From NCBI GenBank assembly GCA_963666985.2, contig CAXXIA010000002.1:1856001-1920000 (forward strand): a stretch of 64,000 nucleotides of DNA. The letters run 5' to 3'. Shown in pieces: positions 32,472 through 43,087 of this stretch. The translations under genes were made by a program, and so were the position numbers. Source of the stretch: Spirochaetia bacterium. Its GTDB lineage: Bacteria; Spirochaetota; Spirochaetia; DSM-2461. Within the stretch, counting starts at the first letter, position 1; each line of letters begins with the position of its first letter. The notes below the pieces were generated by a model. That model was given only the letters and a program-made list of their open reading frames with translations, did not search any database and was not told the origin of the DNA.

Positions 32472-32682
32472 ATTTAACAGCTGTTGATGCGCTCCGGCCG
32501 CTAAAAGTGTTTAGCGGCCTTCGGGGCTTCGCCCAAATTTCGCTTTGTCATGGCTCTTGCAGATGCGTTTCTGAAAGTGGTGTGATAAGCTGAAGAGCGA
32601 ACGTGCTTTCTGCTAAAAGCAAGAGCGCATGCCAACCGGCTGCGCCGGCCGCGAAACTTCGCATACCAGCGGGCCGTTTTGT
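32472..32682 (+). repeat. attC-like site 15
   Basis: ATTTAAC...GTTTTGT. Confidence 0.9.
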
Positions 32683-32739
32683 GCACTTATTCAGAAATTC
32701 GGTGAATGAAAACCATTCTTATTTGTAACGTCTTTTCAA

Positions 32740-33603
32740 TCAAAGATGTAAGGCCTTCTTCCAATCAGTGTTATTAAAAAGCGATACATGCAAGATATAG
32801 AAGAGAACACCAACCGTGCCGAGAATAAGGGCTGTAACTGAGGACCATCCGATTTTTCCAGATATGGCGTAGTCCAGGGCCGCAAGCATCACTGCTAGGT
32901 CGAAGCAAAGGAATCCCGCTAGGTTTATTCCCTTACGCCGTACTCGATCCAAGTAGAAGAAGAAAAAGGATACAGGGAGCGTTGCTGCCGCTGCTATAAA
33001 GGACCAATCCGGCCAGCCAGTGGCAATAATGTCCACTACAATGGTAAGTCCTGTGCCCAGGATTAGGAGAGCGACAACGAGTCTAAGCCAAGGCGGTCGG
33101 CGAAAGACAATGTAGGCAAGTGCCGACTCTAGGGCAAGGAACACTGCACTATAATAAGGTAGCAGGTATCGTCCAAGGCGCTGGCCGGGCAAAGCTCTTG
33201 CTATTAGTAAAAGTGAAATAGATCCCACAAGGATAAGGGCCACTGTCACTGCAATAAAAGGGTGATGGCCAAGGCGCATGAATACCAGGCTTAGAAGTGC
33301 AGCACCCACCACCGGGATCGCTACAAAAAACGACCAGCTTATATGACCGTTCCGTATGAGGTCTACGCCTAAGGTATAAGCTATGGGGAACAATCCAAGG
33401 AAGCATACCATCAGTGTCGCAAAGAGCCGTTTTTGCCGTTGGTCCAGTGTCTTATACATCCGTTGTGGTGGAATTACATCTTCAGGATATTCCGCAGGTT
33501 CCGGTGGGCCATTCCGAACTTCTCCGGGAATAGCCGTCCCACAGAGAGGACAGGCCTCTAAGCGCATTTCTATTTCAACTCCACATCGTGGGCAGTATGG
33601 CAT
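32740..33603 (-). CDS. Zinc-ribbon multi-pass membrane protein (DUF6320-like)
   Basis: MPYCPRCG...CPLCG then several TM helices. Confidence 0.8.
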   Translation of the reverse strand: MPYCPRCGVEIEMRLEACPLCGTAIPGEVRNGPPEPAEYPEDVIPPQRMYKTLDQRQKRLFATLMVCFLGLFPIAYTLGVDLIRNGHISWSFFVAIPVVGAALLSLVFMRLGHHPFIAVTVALILVGSISLLLIARALPGQRLGRYLLPYYSAVFLALESALAYIVFRRPPWLRLVVALLILGTGLTIVVDIIATGWPDWSFIAAAATLPVSFFFFYLDRVRRKGINLAGFLCFDLAVMLAALDYAISGKIGWSSVTALILGTVGVLFYILHVSLFNNTDWKKALHL

Positions 33604-33607
33604 CCGA

Positions 33608-34888
33608 TTACCTCCTGTTGGTCCTGATAGCGACGGGAATCCCGTTGCGTCTCATACCGGCGAAAAAACGACGTTCGATGTCCGTCTCTGCATAATGGCT
33701 GCACAAAAACACCCGACTGATCCCCCCGTAAGCAATAGCTGCTGCATTGATTTGCTGTGGAATAGATGGCGGTATAAATTGGTAGGCTTGTACAAAACGG
33801 GCCATATCGTTGGGGATGGTAATACGACCTAAATTTGAAAAGCTCACGGTAAAACTCCGGCTTCCAAAGGCCGAATAAAAGAATTTTAAGAGGGGGTCTT
33901 TGAGGAATAGCGGGAGAATGCGGATAAGGGAATTTTTTTCTCCGGTGACATTGCGACTGATCTGCCGGGCAATATATCGACCGTCAATTTCCAACCGCAT
34001 GAAATGATGCACCTTAGATACGATATCTTCGAAGTTAAAGTCTCCCAATCTTGGGTCGATTCCCGGTTCCACCGTGAGGGAGAAATTGCGCATGGTGGAT
34101 GATTTGAAGATCCGTCGAAGGTTTACGGGGACACTCACTCTGATTGGCCGAGGTTTCCAGTTTTTCGCTTTCATTTCTTCATAACAGGCATTCACTAAGG
34201 CTGCTGTAAGATACTCACCGACTGTAACTTTGTATTTATCGGCTGCTTGTTTAAGGATTTCTTCCTTGATGAGGCCTTCTGTGACGAAGAAAGTTGGAGG
34301 TCTGATCGGCTTCCCGGGTATCTTTAAAGCACGTTGTGCCATATGGGCGGGAGGCACATGCGGGTCATGATGAACCAAATAGCCATCTTCGTATTCCTCG
34401 ATACTCATAGGCGATCTGGCGTCTATAGGTAGAGTGCCTACGGCTATCGCTTCACCTTGAATGCGAAGATATTCAGCTACCAGGCCATTGAGAAAATTCA
34501 ATGCACCCGTACCGTCGGTGACAAAATGTCCTGCCTCCACAGCTACTCGATTACGATATGCAATAACCCTCAATGGCAACACGCCCGGACTCTTGAATGG
34601 AACATAGAGGCAGGGATAGCGGCTTTCGGGCTCAACATGGAGTTCTGTATCAGTTGGCTCCAGATAATACCAGAAGAGTCCTCGACGAAGGTGAACATGA
34701 AAATATGGGCATCGGGACATCATAGCCCGGCAAGCTTGTTCTAGGGGTTCTACGGATATCGGTTGGTTCAGAACAGCCGCCAATCTAAAGACCGTAGGCC
34801 TCCACGGAGAGAGTTGAGAAGCAAAGATTTTAGCAGCATTGTCTAGCCGGGACTCAAACTGGTCGGGCCCGGCCCCGGTGGCGGGCAT
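33608..34888 (-). CDS. CoA-dependent acyltransferase (alcohol acetyltransferase/condensation-like)
   Basis: LDNAAKIF, HFVTDG (HxxxDG), PVNLR, SNLG. Confidence 0.82.
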   Translation of the reverse strand: MPATGAGPDQFESRLDNAAKIFASQLSPWRPTVFRLAAVLNQPISVEPLEQACRAMMSRCPYFHVHLRRGLFWYYLEPTDTELHVEPESRYPCLYVPFKSPGVLPLRVIAYRNRVAVEAGHFVTDGTGALNFLNGLVAEYLRIQGEAIAVGTLPIDARSPMSIEEYEDGYLVHHDPHVPPAHMAQRALKIPGKPIRPPTFFVTEGLIKEEILKQAADKYKVTVGEYLTAALVNACYEEMKAKNWKPRPIRVSVPVNLRRIFKSSTMRNFSLTVEPGIDPRLGDFNFEDIVSKVHHFMRLEIDGRYIARQISRNVTGEKNSLIRILPLFLKDPLLKFFYSAFGSRSFTVSFSNLGRITIPNDMARFVQAYQFIPPSIPQQINAAAIAYGGISRVFLCSHYAETDIERRFFAGMRRNGIPVAIRTNRR

Positions 34889-35058
34889 CCTTTAATCATA
34901 ACAGAAAAGATGAGCTTCGACACTGGAGTGAAATATCAGGTTTATGTGATGCGAGCCGTTGTATTGTCACCCCAATTGGGACAGGCTTTTCAGAAATTGA
35001 GATACAAGAGATGGCATGAATCAAAATGAGTGATTAGCGGCAATACAGGAATAAGTGC

Positions 35059-35273
35059 ACAAAACAGCTGTTGATGCGCTCCGGCCGCTAAAAGTGTTTA
35101 GCGGCCTCCGGGGCTCCGCCCAAATTTCGTTTTGGCCATGGCTCTTGCAGATGCAGTTCCAGAAGTGATGTGATACAGTCAAAGGCGAACAAGGTATTGC
35201 TGTAAAAGAGCAAGAGCGCATGCCAACCGGCTATGCCGGACGCGAAACTTCGCATACCAGCGGACCGTTAGTC
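35059..35273 (+). repeat. attC-like site 16
   Basis: ACAAAAC...GTTAGTC. Confidence 0.9.
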
Positions 35274-35282
35274 GCAAATACA

Positions 35283-36296
35283 ATGATATACATTTCTAGC
35301 ATGGTCGTACCACACAATATCTCGAGGATTGCAGATATCGATGAATGTCATTTCGAGAATCCTCCAATGATTGTTTTCGACACAAACATTTGCATAGATT
35401 TATACAAACTGTGGTGCAACCCAAGGCTAATGCGCAATGAACAGCACAAACAGTTTATGGAATTGGTCGATCTGTGCACAAAAATATACAAGAATGGTTG
35501 GCTATTTTTTCCCCATTTTGGAATAGAAGAAGCTTCTTTCAGTGAATTTTCAAATCGAGGAGAGTCTGACAAAGAGCAGCATATGCACATGGCCTTATTG
35601 AACTTGCTAGGTAGTGATCTGCAAAGCTTTCTAGCACATATCAATTCAACTTTCAGTAGCATTGAGCACTATACTCGTCGTGTAGATTCAAAATCATATA
35701 TACGGCGAATAAGGAATGATATTATTTTTAGTGATCTTTTACCTTTGAAATACTGCTCAATGATGAAATTGTTTATTCTTTGTAACGACATAGATAGTTA
35801 CAAAGAGCGTTTGTTTGAATTCTTTAATTATCTACTGAATAACATAAATTGTGTTGACGTAGGATCAATCATCACAGCGACATTTCTTACTAGCAGAAAG
35901 AAGATGAAAATGCTTTTCCATCGGCTACAAAACAGCTCGAGCGCAGGTTTAAGGAGTATTTTAAATTCTGCGATTGATCTTACGTTTATTGAGCTCTCAA
36001 GTCGTATTTACCTTGAGGGCCTAACACCAATATTTTGCTCACAGGATAAACTTCTTATCGAAATAGAGAATGCTACAAAAGTGCAATTTTTTCAAAATGG
36101 TATTCCTGCAAAAGGTATTTATGCAGATCGGCTTCCGGAAAACGAGGTCGTTATGGAGTTTATAGAGTTTATGAAAAAGTCGCTAGAAAAAAGGGATTCG
36201 TATATAAAACACTTCAATAAGCATCATGTTTGGGCAGAAATAGCTAATCTAGAAAAGGAAATAGTCAAACGTGTATCTGCGACTAACAGCTGTTGA
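35283..36296 (+). CDS. Large PIN-like domain protein
   Basis: IVFDTNI...EE...IDL...FCSQDK; stop codon lies inside attC. Confidence 0.6.
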   Translation: MIYISSMVVPHNISRIADIDECHFENPPMIVFDTNICIDLYKLWCNPRLMRNEQHKQFMELVDLCTKIYKNGWLFFPHFGIEEASFSEFSNRGESDKEQHMHMALLNLLGSDLQSFLAHINSTFSSIEHYTRRVDSKSYIRRIRNDIIFSDLLPLKYCSMMKLFILCNDIDSYKERLFEFFNYLLNNINCVDVGSIITATFLTSRKKMKMLFHRLQNSSSAGLRSILNSAIDLTFIELSSRIYLEGLTPIFCSQDKLLIEIENATKVQFFQNGIPAKGIYADRLPENEVVMEFIEFMKKSLEKRDSYIKHFNKHHVWAEIANLEKEIVKRVSATNSC

Positions 36297-36494
36297 TGCG
36301 CTCCGGCGTCAACTAGCGTTGCCGCCTCCGGGCCTACGGCCAAATTTCGCTTTGGACATGGCTCTTGCAGATGCAGACTCAGAAGTGATGTGATACAGTC
36401 AAAGGCGAACAAAGCATTGCTGAAGCCGTTGCAAGAGCGCATGCCAACCGGCTTTGCCGGACGCGAAACTTCGCATAACAGCAGAACGTTAAAC
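36281..36494 (+). repeat. attC-like site 17
   Basis: GACTAAC...GTTAAAC. Confidence 0.9.
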
Positions 36495-36503
36495 AAACTT
36501 TCG

Positions 36504-36690
36504 ATGAAAAGAATTATTTCTATTTTTATATCGATTACATTATCTCTTCTTGGATCATGTAATACAAACCCCAACTATGTATTGTCTTCACAAATGAATG
36601 GATTACATCCGATTGAATTAATATACTTTGATTCAATTTCAGAAGAGAAATTAGGCTCTTTTCCAATTGATAGAGGATACTATGCTGAAT
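36504..36690 (+). pseudogene. Truncated duplicate of the CHASE2-like lipoprotein
   Basis: Same as first ~190 bp of 39469-40332. Confidence 0.88.
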
Positions 36691-36718
36691 TGGAATTCCC
36701 AGACTTCTATAGACACCT

Positions 36719-37537
36719 CTAGCTTGCAATAGAACCCTTTTCAAATTCAACCGGAGAGATCCCGCCAAGATGCTTGTGGCGACGCTTCCGGTTGTAAAAT
36801 GCTTCAATATAATCGAACACATCAGACCGTGCTTCATCCCTTGTTCGATATGTCTTCCGGCGAATCCGTTCCTTCTTCAAACTACCAAAGAATGATTCCA
36901 TGGCTGCATTGTCCCAGCAGTTTCCACGACGGCTCATACTTCTCTTCAGTCCGTTGTCACGACAGAATCTAATCCAGTCACCGCTGTCAAATTGGCCGCC
37001 CTGATCGGAATGGATAAGGACTTTGTTTTTCGGGCGTCTCTTCCAAACAGCTGTCAGTAAGGCCTGGATAACCAGATCACGATGAAGCGTGTTCTGCATG
37101 GACCAGCCGATGATTCTCCTGGAATAAAGATCCATGACAACTGCGAGATACAGCCAACCTTCATGAGTTCGAATATAGGTAATATCCGTTGTCCACGCAG
37201 TATCGGGTTCTTCTACATTAAAGTCCTGCTGGAGATGGTTCGGGGCAGCCTGGGACGGTTTTCCATACTTGAATCGACGCATCTTGAAGCCGACCATCGC
37301 CCTGATACCATGCTCTCGCATGATTCTGGCTACTCGATGGACGCTGCAGGATTCTCCGTCTTCCATCAAATCCTCATGGATTCGTGGACTTCCGTAGACC
37401 TGATCGCTTTCTTCGTAGAAGTGGCGAATCTTCTTCAACAACCGAATGTCTTCAATCTTTCTCTCTGATTGAGGTTTTCTCAACCATGCATAGAATCCGC
37501 TTCGATTGACATCGAGAACCCGGCACATAGTCTTCAC
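36719..37537 (-). CDS. IS3 OrfB transposase
   Basis: Same protein as copy 1. Confidence 0.92.
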   Translation of the reverse strand: MKTMCRVLDVNRSGFYAWLRKPQSERKIEDIRLLKKIRHFYEESDQVYGSPRIHEDLMEDGESCSVHRVARIMREHGIRAMVGFKMRRFKYGKPSQAAPNHLQQDFNVEEPDTAWTTDITYIRTHEGWLYLAVVMDLYSRRIIGWSMQNTLHRDLVIQALLTAVWKRRPKNKVLIHSDQGGQFDSGDWIRFCRDNGLKRSMSRRGNCWDNAAMESFFGSLKKERIRRKTYRTRDEARSDVFDYIEAFYNRKRRHKHLGGISPVEFEKGSIAS

Positions 37538-37575
37538 TCTGAATTCAGCCCTGTAGTTTTTGATGAAGGCATATC

Positions 37576-37872
37576 TTACTCGGACTGACTCGCGAAGTAT
37601 GCCGCGGCTTTTTTTAAGATATCTCGCTCTTCCTGCACCCGCCGCAGCTCTGCTTTCAGCCTGGCATTCTCGACTTCAAGCTCCTTATTTGCTTTTGCCG
37701 ATTCTGGTGCTTTTGGATTTCGAGAATCGGCCTTCAGCCACTTATAGAGGCTATGGGTTGAGACTCCTATACGCTCAGAGACTTCCTTGATGGAGTAGCC
37801 CCGCTCAACAACCTGGCCGACTGCTTCTGCCTTGAATTCGTCCGAATATCGCGGACTTCCCATGATGTACAC
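37576..37872 (-). CDS. IS3 OrfA
   Basis: Same protein as copy 1. Confidence 0.92.
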   Translation of the reverse strand: MYIMGSPRYSDEFKAEAVGQVVERGYSIKEVSERIGVSTHSLYKWLKADSRNPKAPESAKANKELEVENARLKAELRRVQEERDILKKAAAYFASQSE

Positions 37873-37922
37873 TCCTTCCTCATTTTGAGTTTAGCAGTGT
37901 CTATCAAAAGCTGGGAATTCCA

Positions 37923-38637
37923 CTACAATGCGCGCTGGTACGATGCCACGCTTGGTCGATTCGTTACTGAAGACCCTGCTCGGGATGGCCTCAATTGGTT
38001 CATCTACGTCAGTAATAATCCGCTCAGGTGGGTGGATCCGACGGGTTTATTCGAGCTGGCGGCAGAAGACGGTAAAGCAATAATCAACGTAGAAGAAGAC
38101 GATACTTTGTGGGATATCATTGCCAAGCAAAACCCGGATTCTTCAGATGCAGAAATACTCGGAAAGATCGATGAAATCGCCGAGACTAATGATCTAGAGG
38201 ATCCAGACAAGATTTATCCTGGTCAAAAGCTTGAGGCTCCTGACTCCGTTGTACCGGACATTACAGACGACTTGATGGATCGAATGGAGACGAACGCTGA
38301 AGACAAGAATACCAGAAATCCTTTTTATTTCAGGGAAAAAGTCGAAGCTGGCGGAGATTGGGATCTCAAGGCTCAGGATGATACCGTGTATGATACGACT
38401 CCATTGCAATATGCTGAGTACCTTTTTAATGGTGAGATCGTTCGTTACGACGCACCCGGCAATATTCACTATGGTTATGTTGGCCGGTCTACATGGTATG
38501 GATCGCGTCGAAGACTCCTGAGCCAGGCTGGTGCAGCTCAAATCGAAGACAATCCCAACGGCGGCTGGGAAGGGGATGATCCCTCTGACGCAATGTACAT
38601 CATTATGGGAATGGATTTATATGACAATCAGGAGTAG
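37923..38637 (+). pseudogene. RHS core tail + LysM + Ntox44-like toxin domain, 5'-truncated
   Basis: ARWYDATLGRF..EDP...NNPLRWVDPTGL; DTLWDI...IYPGQKL (LysM); GNIHYGYVG. Confidence 0.8.
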
Positions 38638-39013
38638 ATACGTCTTCCTTACCCGTATAGGGCTGGTCGGATGTTGTGTCGCCATATTTCTTTATAGCTG
38701 CGATAGCGCAGATCGCTTTGCCAAAATGGAAATTGTTAATGAGATATCTCTAGAAAACGGTGAAAAGAAAGCCGTTATGTACGTATTGGATTACGGTGCT
38801 ACGGCTTCAAGTCGGTTGAACGTGTCCATTTTGCCATCTGAGGCCAAAATAAGGGCAGCAAAAGGTGTCGTTTACTCCGCTCTTTTTACGGATCATCTAG
38901 ATTACGATTTGCTTAAGATAGATGAACAAACTATTAAAGTCGTACATGAATATCGTCCCCAGGATCCATTTGTGAGCTACGATGAGTATGAAGGTATCAA
39001 GATCAAGTATTGA
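38621..39013 (+). CDS. Putative immunity protein (lipoprotein-like)
   Basis: Overlaps toxin stop; hydrophobic N-terminus with YSC. Confidence 0.65.
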   Translation: MTIRSRYVFLTRIGLVGCCVAIFLYSCDSADRFAKMEIVNEISLENGEKKAVMYVLDYGATASSRLNVSILPSEAKIRAAKGVVYSALFTDHLDYDLLKIDEQTIKVVHEYRPQDPFVSYDEYEGIKIKY

Positions 39014-39075
39014 CTTGTCGTCTTAGTGGTCGAAAAATCAACAGGTCCGCCCCTCCGCCATCGTGGCTTCGGGGC

Positions 39076-39163
39076 TGCACAGAATACTCGTTATCGTCAG
39101 CCGATATCCGTGTCAGCGGTCCGCTTCGCCTTTGGCTCCGCCCAATAACGGATACTCTGTGCA
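39076..39163. repeat. REP-like imperfect palindrome
   Basis: TGCACAGAATACTCGTTAT...ATAACGGATACTCTGTGCA. Confidence 0.55.
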
Positions 39164-39246
39164 CCTGCCAGAAATTAATCAGGGCCATCTGAAATACATC
39201 GTGTATTTCAGATGTATTTTTTTGGGGTTCTTTTCTGGATTTTATC

Positions 39247-39459
39247 GTTAAACAGCTGTTGATGCGCTCCGGCCGCTAAAAGTGTTTAGCGGCCTTCGGG
39301 GCTTCGCCCAAATTTCGCTTTGGCGATGGTTCTTGCAGATGCGTTCCTGAGAGTTGTGTGATAGGCTCAAATGCGAACAGGCTTTCTGCTGAAGTGCAAG
39401 AACGCATGCCAACCGGCTTCGCCGGCCGCGAAACTTCGCATACCAGCGGACCGTTAAAC
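39247..39459 (+). repeat. attC-like site 18
   Basis: GTTAAAC...GTTAAAC. Confidence 0.9.
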
Positions 39460-39468
39460 AAACTTTCG

Positions 39469-40332
39469 ATGAAAAGAATTATTTCTATTTTTATATCGAT
39501 TACATTATCTCTTCTTGGATCATGTAATACAAACCCCAACTATGTATTGTCTTCACAAATGAATGGATTACATCCGATTGAATTAATATACTTTGATTCA
39601 ATTTCAGAAGAGAAATTAGGCTCTTTTCCAATTGATAGAGGATACTATGCTGAATTAATAGAAACAGTCGAAGAAACAGAGCCCTTTCTTGTAATCCTAA
39701 AGTTTTTCTTTGATTCAGAAACCGATTCTGATAAAGCCTCGGCAGATAAAATTTCTCAATATGGAAATGTTCTTACACAAGCAACAACATATATAAAACC
39801 TGGCGAAGAACCTTCAGAGGATTATATAAACCATATATCTATTCAAATTGATAGGAAAGGTCTTCTTAAGCAAGAGTATCTTTTACTTCCCAATAGAACA
39901 CTTTTTACTGCTTTCAGCAGTATTGGACTTGTCGATTTTCAATTTGAGAAAAAAGAATATTTCAATTGTCCTTTGGCCATTGAATACAAAGAAAAAGTAA
40001 TTCCTTCCTTAGCCTTAGTCGTCGGATCAATTTGTAGCAAATCGAAACCAGAAAGAGAGAATGGTCAAATCAGTTTGAGCGGTAAACTTTTATCAGATAA
40101 AGAAGGGAATCTGAAACTCAACTTATCGGAGCCAAGAGAGCTATATCCAACGCATTCATTTGTAGATGTTTTAGAGGCCGATTCTGAATTCTTTGATTTT
40201 ACAGATAAGATAGTAATCATTTTTATTGATAATGCAGAAATAAGATCTGTAAGAACTGAATATGAGGAAACTCACAATCCTGCAGAAATTGTTGCCGATA
40301 GTATAAACACTGTTCTACAAAAGCTTGAATGA
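39469..40332 (+). CDS. Stand-alone CHASE2-like lipoprotein
   Basis: LLGSC lipobox; LGSFPIDRGYYAELI...ILKFFFD; HNPAEIVADSINT. Confidence 0.7.
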   Translation: MKRIISIFISITLSLLGSCNTNPNYVLSSQMNGLHPIELIYFDSISEEKLGSFPIDRGYYAELIETVEETEPFLVILKFFFDSETDSDKASADKISQYGNVLTQATTYIKPGEEPSEDYINHISIQIDRKGLLKQEYLLLPNRTLFTAFSSIGLVDFQFEKKEYFNCPLAIEYKEKVIPSLALVVGSICSKSKPERENGQISLSGKLLSDKEGNLKLNLSEPRELYPTHSFVDVLEADSEFFDFTDKIVIIFIDNAEIRSVRTEYEETHNPAEIVADSINTVLQKLE

Positions 40333-40345
40333 GAATCGAAAGTTC

Positions 40346-40553
40346 GTTTAACAGCTGTTGATGCGCTCCGGCCGCTAAAAGTGTTTAGCAGCCTTCGGGG
40401 CTTCGCCCAAATTTGCCTCTGTCATAGATTTTGCGAAAGGCTAGGGCTGTGGTAAAATGTGTCGCAGTTAGCGGTTGAGGTTGTGAAGAATCGCAAAATC
40501 TCCGCCAGTCGCTTTGCGAACGGCAAACTTCGCATACCAGCGGAACGTTTGAT
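40346..40553 (+). repeat. attC-like site 19
   Basis: GTTTAAC...GTTTGAT. Confidence 0.9.
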
Positions 40554-40789
40554 GACAGAATTAATTTAGGAAATAGTTTTTCTCATTTTTTAAAAAAGAG
40601 AAGGCAATTCCCCTCACAAATATCAATTTAAATTCGTGAAAAGCTCTGAAAGTTTTTGAGAAAAAATCAAAGTGTTCCAGTTGTCGAGGTTGTTTCTCCT
40701 GATATGAGTCTTGTTCAGTTGAATAAGAACAAGAGAGCCTTTTCACGGTGTTTGATCTTTATGGGCTTTGCTTAATTCCGTCATCAAAC
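40547..40789. other. ORF-less cassette family N2
   Basis: 243 bp; further copies at 49294, 49794, 58501 and truncated at 9266. Confidence 0.8.
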
Positions 40790-41052
40790 AGCTGTTGATA
40801 CGCTCCGGCCGCTAAATCTCTTTAGCTGCCTTCGGGCCGAGAAGATGGTTATTAGTTGAGTGTTATGATATTTGCAAAGAGGAAATGGGATTGAAACGGC
40901 TCGGCCAAATTTCGCTTTGGCTGCTTTTGTTGAGATGTTTTGGTTCGTAATCTGTGGTAATGTTAAAAGCGAGCGGAGGTTCTGGTAATTTCGTGGGGCA
41001 GCCAACCGGCTCCGCCGGACGCGAAACTTCGTATACCAGCGGAACGTTAAAG
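40783..41052 (+). repeat. attC-like site 20 (N2-linked type)
   Basis: ATCAAAC-AGCTGTTGATACG...CGTATACCAGC...GTTAAAG. Confidence 0.9.
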
Positions 41053-41437
41053 GAAATTGGCAAAAAATGCGATCAAGCCTCGCCCTCGTGGCTCGGCCAG
41101 AGGGCCAAGAGAATCTAGTAGAAAGATACTGTCTCGGCTTTTTTGATAAAACAATCAAACCTTTTTGAGTGAATTTCTATATATTAAAAATGCAGATAAG
41201 GCAATCTAGTTTTTTTACTTACAAGGATTCACTTAACATAAAGAAAATACAACCAATCAGAAAAACAAGACTCCCAATAGATCCTATATAATTATGGAGT
41301 CGAATATTATCAATTAAAAAAGTAAGGCTTCCTACAGAAAATAGAATCCAACCAATTGACTCCAGTTTCTTCTTGTTTTTCAACTAACACCTCGAGTATT
41401 CGCTTCAGTAGATTTCACAAATTAATAGAGGGCTCGG

Positions 41438-41773
41438 TTATTGAGCCAGAACCTTTTGATTTTCGTCCTCTATGGCTTTCTCTACATATTTATTAAGAGA
41501 AAGGCCCATCCGTGTTGCTGCAAGAGATGCTTTACTATGGACTTCAGGATCAGTACGAACAAGAAATCTTCCCGAAAATGGCTTTTCCGGATTCTTTCCC
41601 CTCTCAGCACACCAATCCAGATAGAAATCAACTGATTCAGCCATTGCCGTTTCCAACGCAGAAACAGATTCACCTTGGAATGTAATGATGTCTTTTAGTC
41701 CAACGACTTCACCGTGGAAAATCCTAGCTTCATCATCGTATTCCACAACACCGGTATATCCTTTGTAGGTCAT
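41438..41773 (-). CDS. hicB: HicB antitoxin
   Basis: YKGYTG...FHGEV...PEKPFSGRF. Confidence 0.92.
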   Translation of the reverse strand: MTYKGYTGVVEYDDEARIFHGEVVGLKDIITFQGESVSALETAMAESVDFYLDWCAERGKNPEKPFSGRFLVRTDPEVHSKASLAATRMGLSLNKYVEKAIEDENQKVLAQ

Positions 41774-42024
41774 GGCTTCACTCCCGCATTCATCAGAAAC
41801 TTACGAATAGATTTCACAGCACCTTTATCCGTTTCCTTTCTCGGATGAGGTCGATGAACGATGATATCAACATCATTCAACGAGAAACCGACTCTTGAAC
41901 CCGAACCTTCTTTCTTTTCAGCTCCTAAATGAATTAGTAATGCTTCAATATCTCTCCAAGCAATGGATGAAAGTACAGGATCGGTGAAAATTGCTTGAAG
42001 GACTTTTCGATGCTTACTGTTCAC
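41770..42024 (-). CDS. hicA: HicA toxin
   Basis: EGSGSRV...HRPHP. Confidence 0.92.
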   Translation of the reverse strand: MNSKHRKVLQAIFTDPVLSSIAWRDIEALLIHLGAEKKEGSGSRVGFSLNDVDIIVHRPHPRKETDKGAVKSIRKFLMNAGVKP

Positions 42025-42030
42025 AAAATA

Positions 42031-42059
42031 AAGATATCACAATTTGATATCAGAATCAA
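42031..42059 (-). promoter_or_regulatory. hicAB promoter/operator
   Basis: TTGATT-17-TATCTT overlapping IR GATATCA-N5-TGATATC. Confidence 0.65.
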
Positions 42060-42158
42060 GATTGGTAAATATTGCAACTGCTGTTTGAGATATCTTCCAC
42101 TGGACATCCGTGTCCAGTGGAAGGATGGGGGATTGCTTTCGGAATCTCTGCCAACTTC

Positions 42159-42366
42159 CTTTAACAGCTGTTGATGCGCTCCGGCTGATAACGGGGTTAT
42201 CAGCCTTCGGGGCTTCGCCCAAATTCGTCTTTGTCAGAGATTTTGCTTGTGTCTCACGTTGTGGTAAGATGAGTAGCAGTTAGCGGTTGGGTTTGTGAAG
42301 AATCGCAAAATCTCCGCCAACCGCTGGCGCGGACGACGAACTTCGCATACCAGCGGAACGTTAAAG
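42159..42366 (+). repeat. attC-like site 21
   Basis: CTTTAAC...GTTAAAG. Confidence 0.9.
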
Positions 42367-42751
42367 GAAATTGGCAAAAAATGCGATCAAGCCTCGCCCT
42401 CGTGGCTCGGCCAGAGGGCCAAGAGAATCTAGTAGAAAGATACTATCTCGGCTTTTTTGATAAAACAATCAAACCTTTTTGAGTGAATTTCTATATATTA
42501 AAAATGCAGATAAGGCAATCTAGTTTTTTTACTTACAAGGATTCACTTAACATAAAGAAAATACAACCAATCAGAAAAACAAGACTCCCAATAGATCCTA
42601 TATAATTATGGAGTCGAATATTATCAATTAAAAAAGTAAGGCTTCCTACAGAAAATAGAATCCAACCAATTGACTCCAGTTTCTTCTTGTTTTTCAACTA
42701 ACACCTCGAGTATTCGCTTCAGTAGATTTCACAAATTAATAGAGGGCTCGG

Positions 42752-43087
42752 TTATTGAGCCAGAACCTTTTGATTTTCGTCCTCTATGGCTTTCTCTACA
42801 TATTTATTAAGAGAAAGGCCCATCCGTGTTGCTGCAAGAGATGCTTTACTATGGACTTCAGGATCAGTACGAACAAGAAATCTTCCCGAAAATGGCTTTT
42901 CCGGATTCTTTCCCCTCTCAGCACACCAATCCAGATAGAAATCAACTGATTCAGCCATTGCCGTTTCCAACGCAGAAACAGATTCACCTTGGAATGTAAT
43001 GATGTCTTTTAGTCCAACGACTTCACCGTGGAAAATCCTAGCTTCATCATCGTATTCCACAACACCGGTATATCCTTTGTAGGTCAT
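42752..43087 (-). CDS. hicB: HicB antitoxin (tandem duplicate)
   Basis: Same protein, 1314 bp offset. Confidence 0.92.
   Translation of the reverse strand: MTYKGYTGVVEYDDEARIFHGEVVGLKDIITFQGESVSALETAMAESVDFYLDWCAERGKNPEKPFSGRFLVRTDPEVHSKASLAATRMGLSLNKYVEKAIEDENQKVLAQ

Larger units (their letters stand above)
36691..37922 (-). mobile_element. IS3-family element A, copy 2 (no target duplication)
   Basis: Same IRs; flanks AAT vs CTA. Confidence 0.93.
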
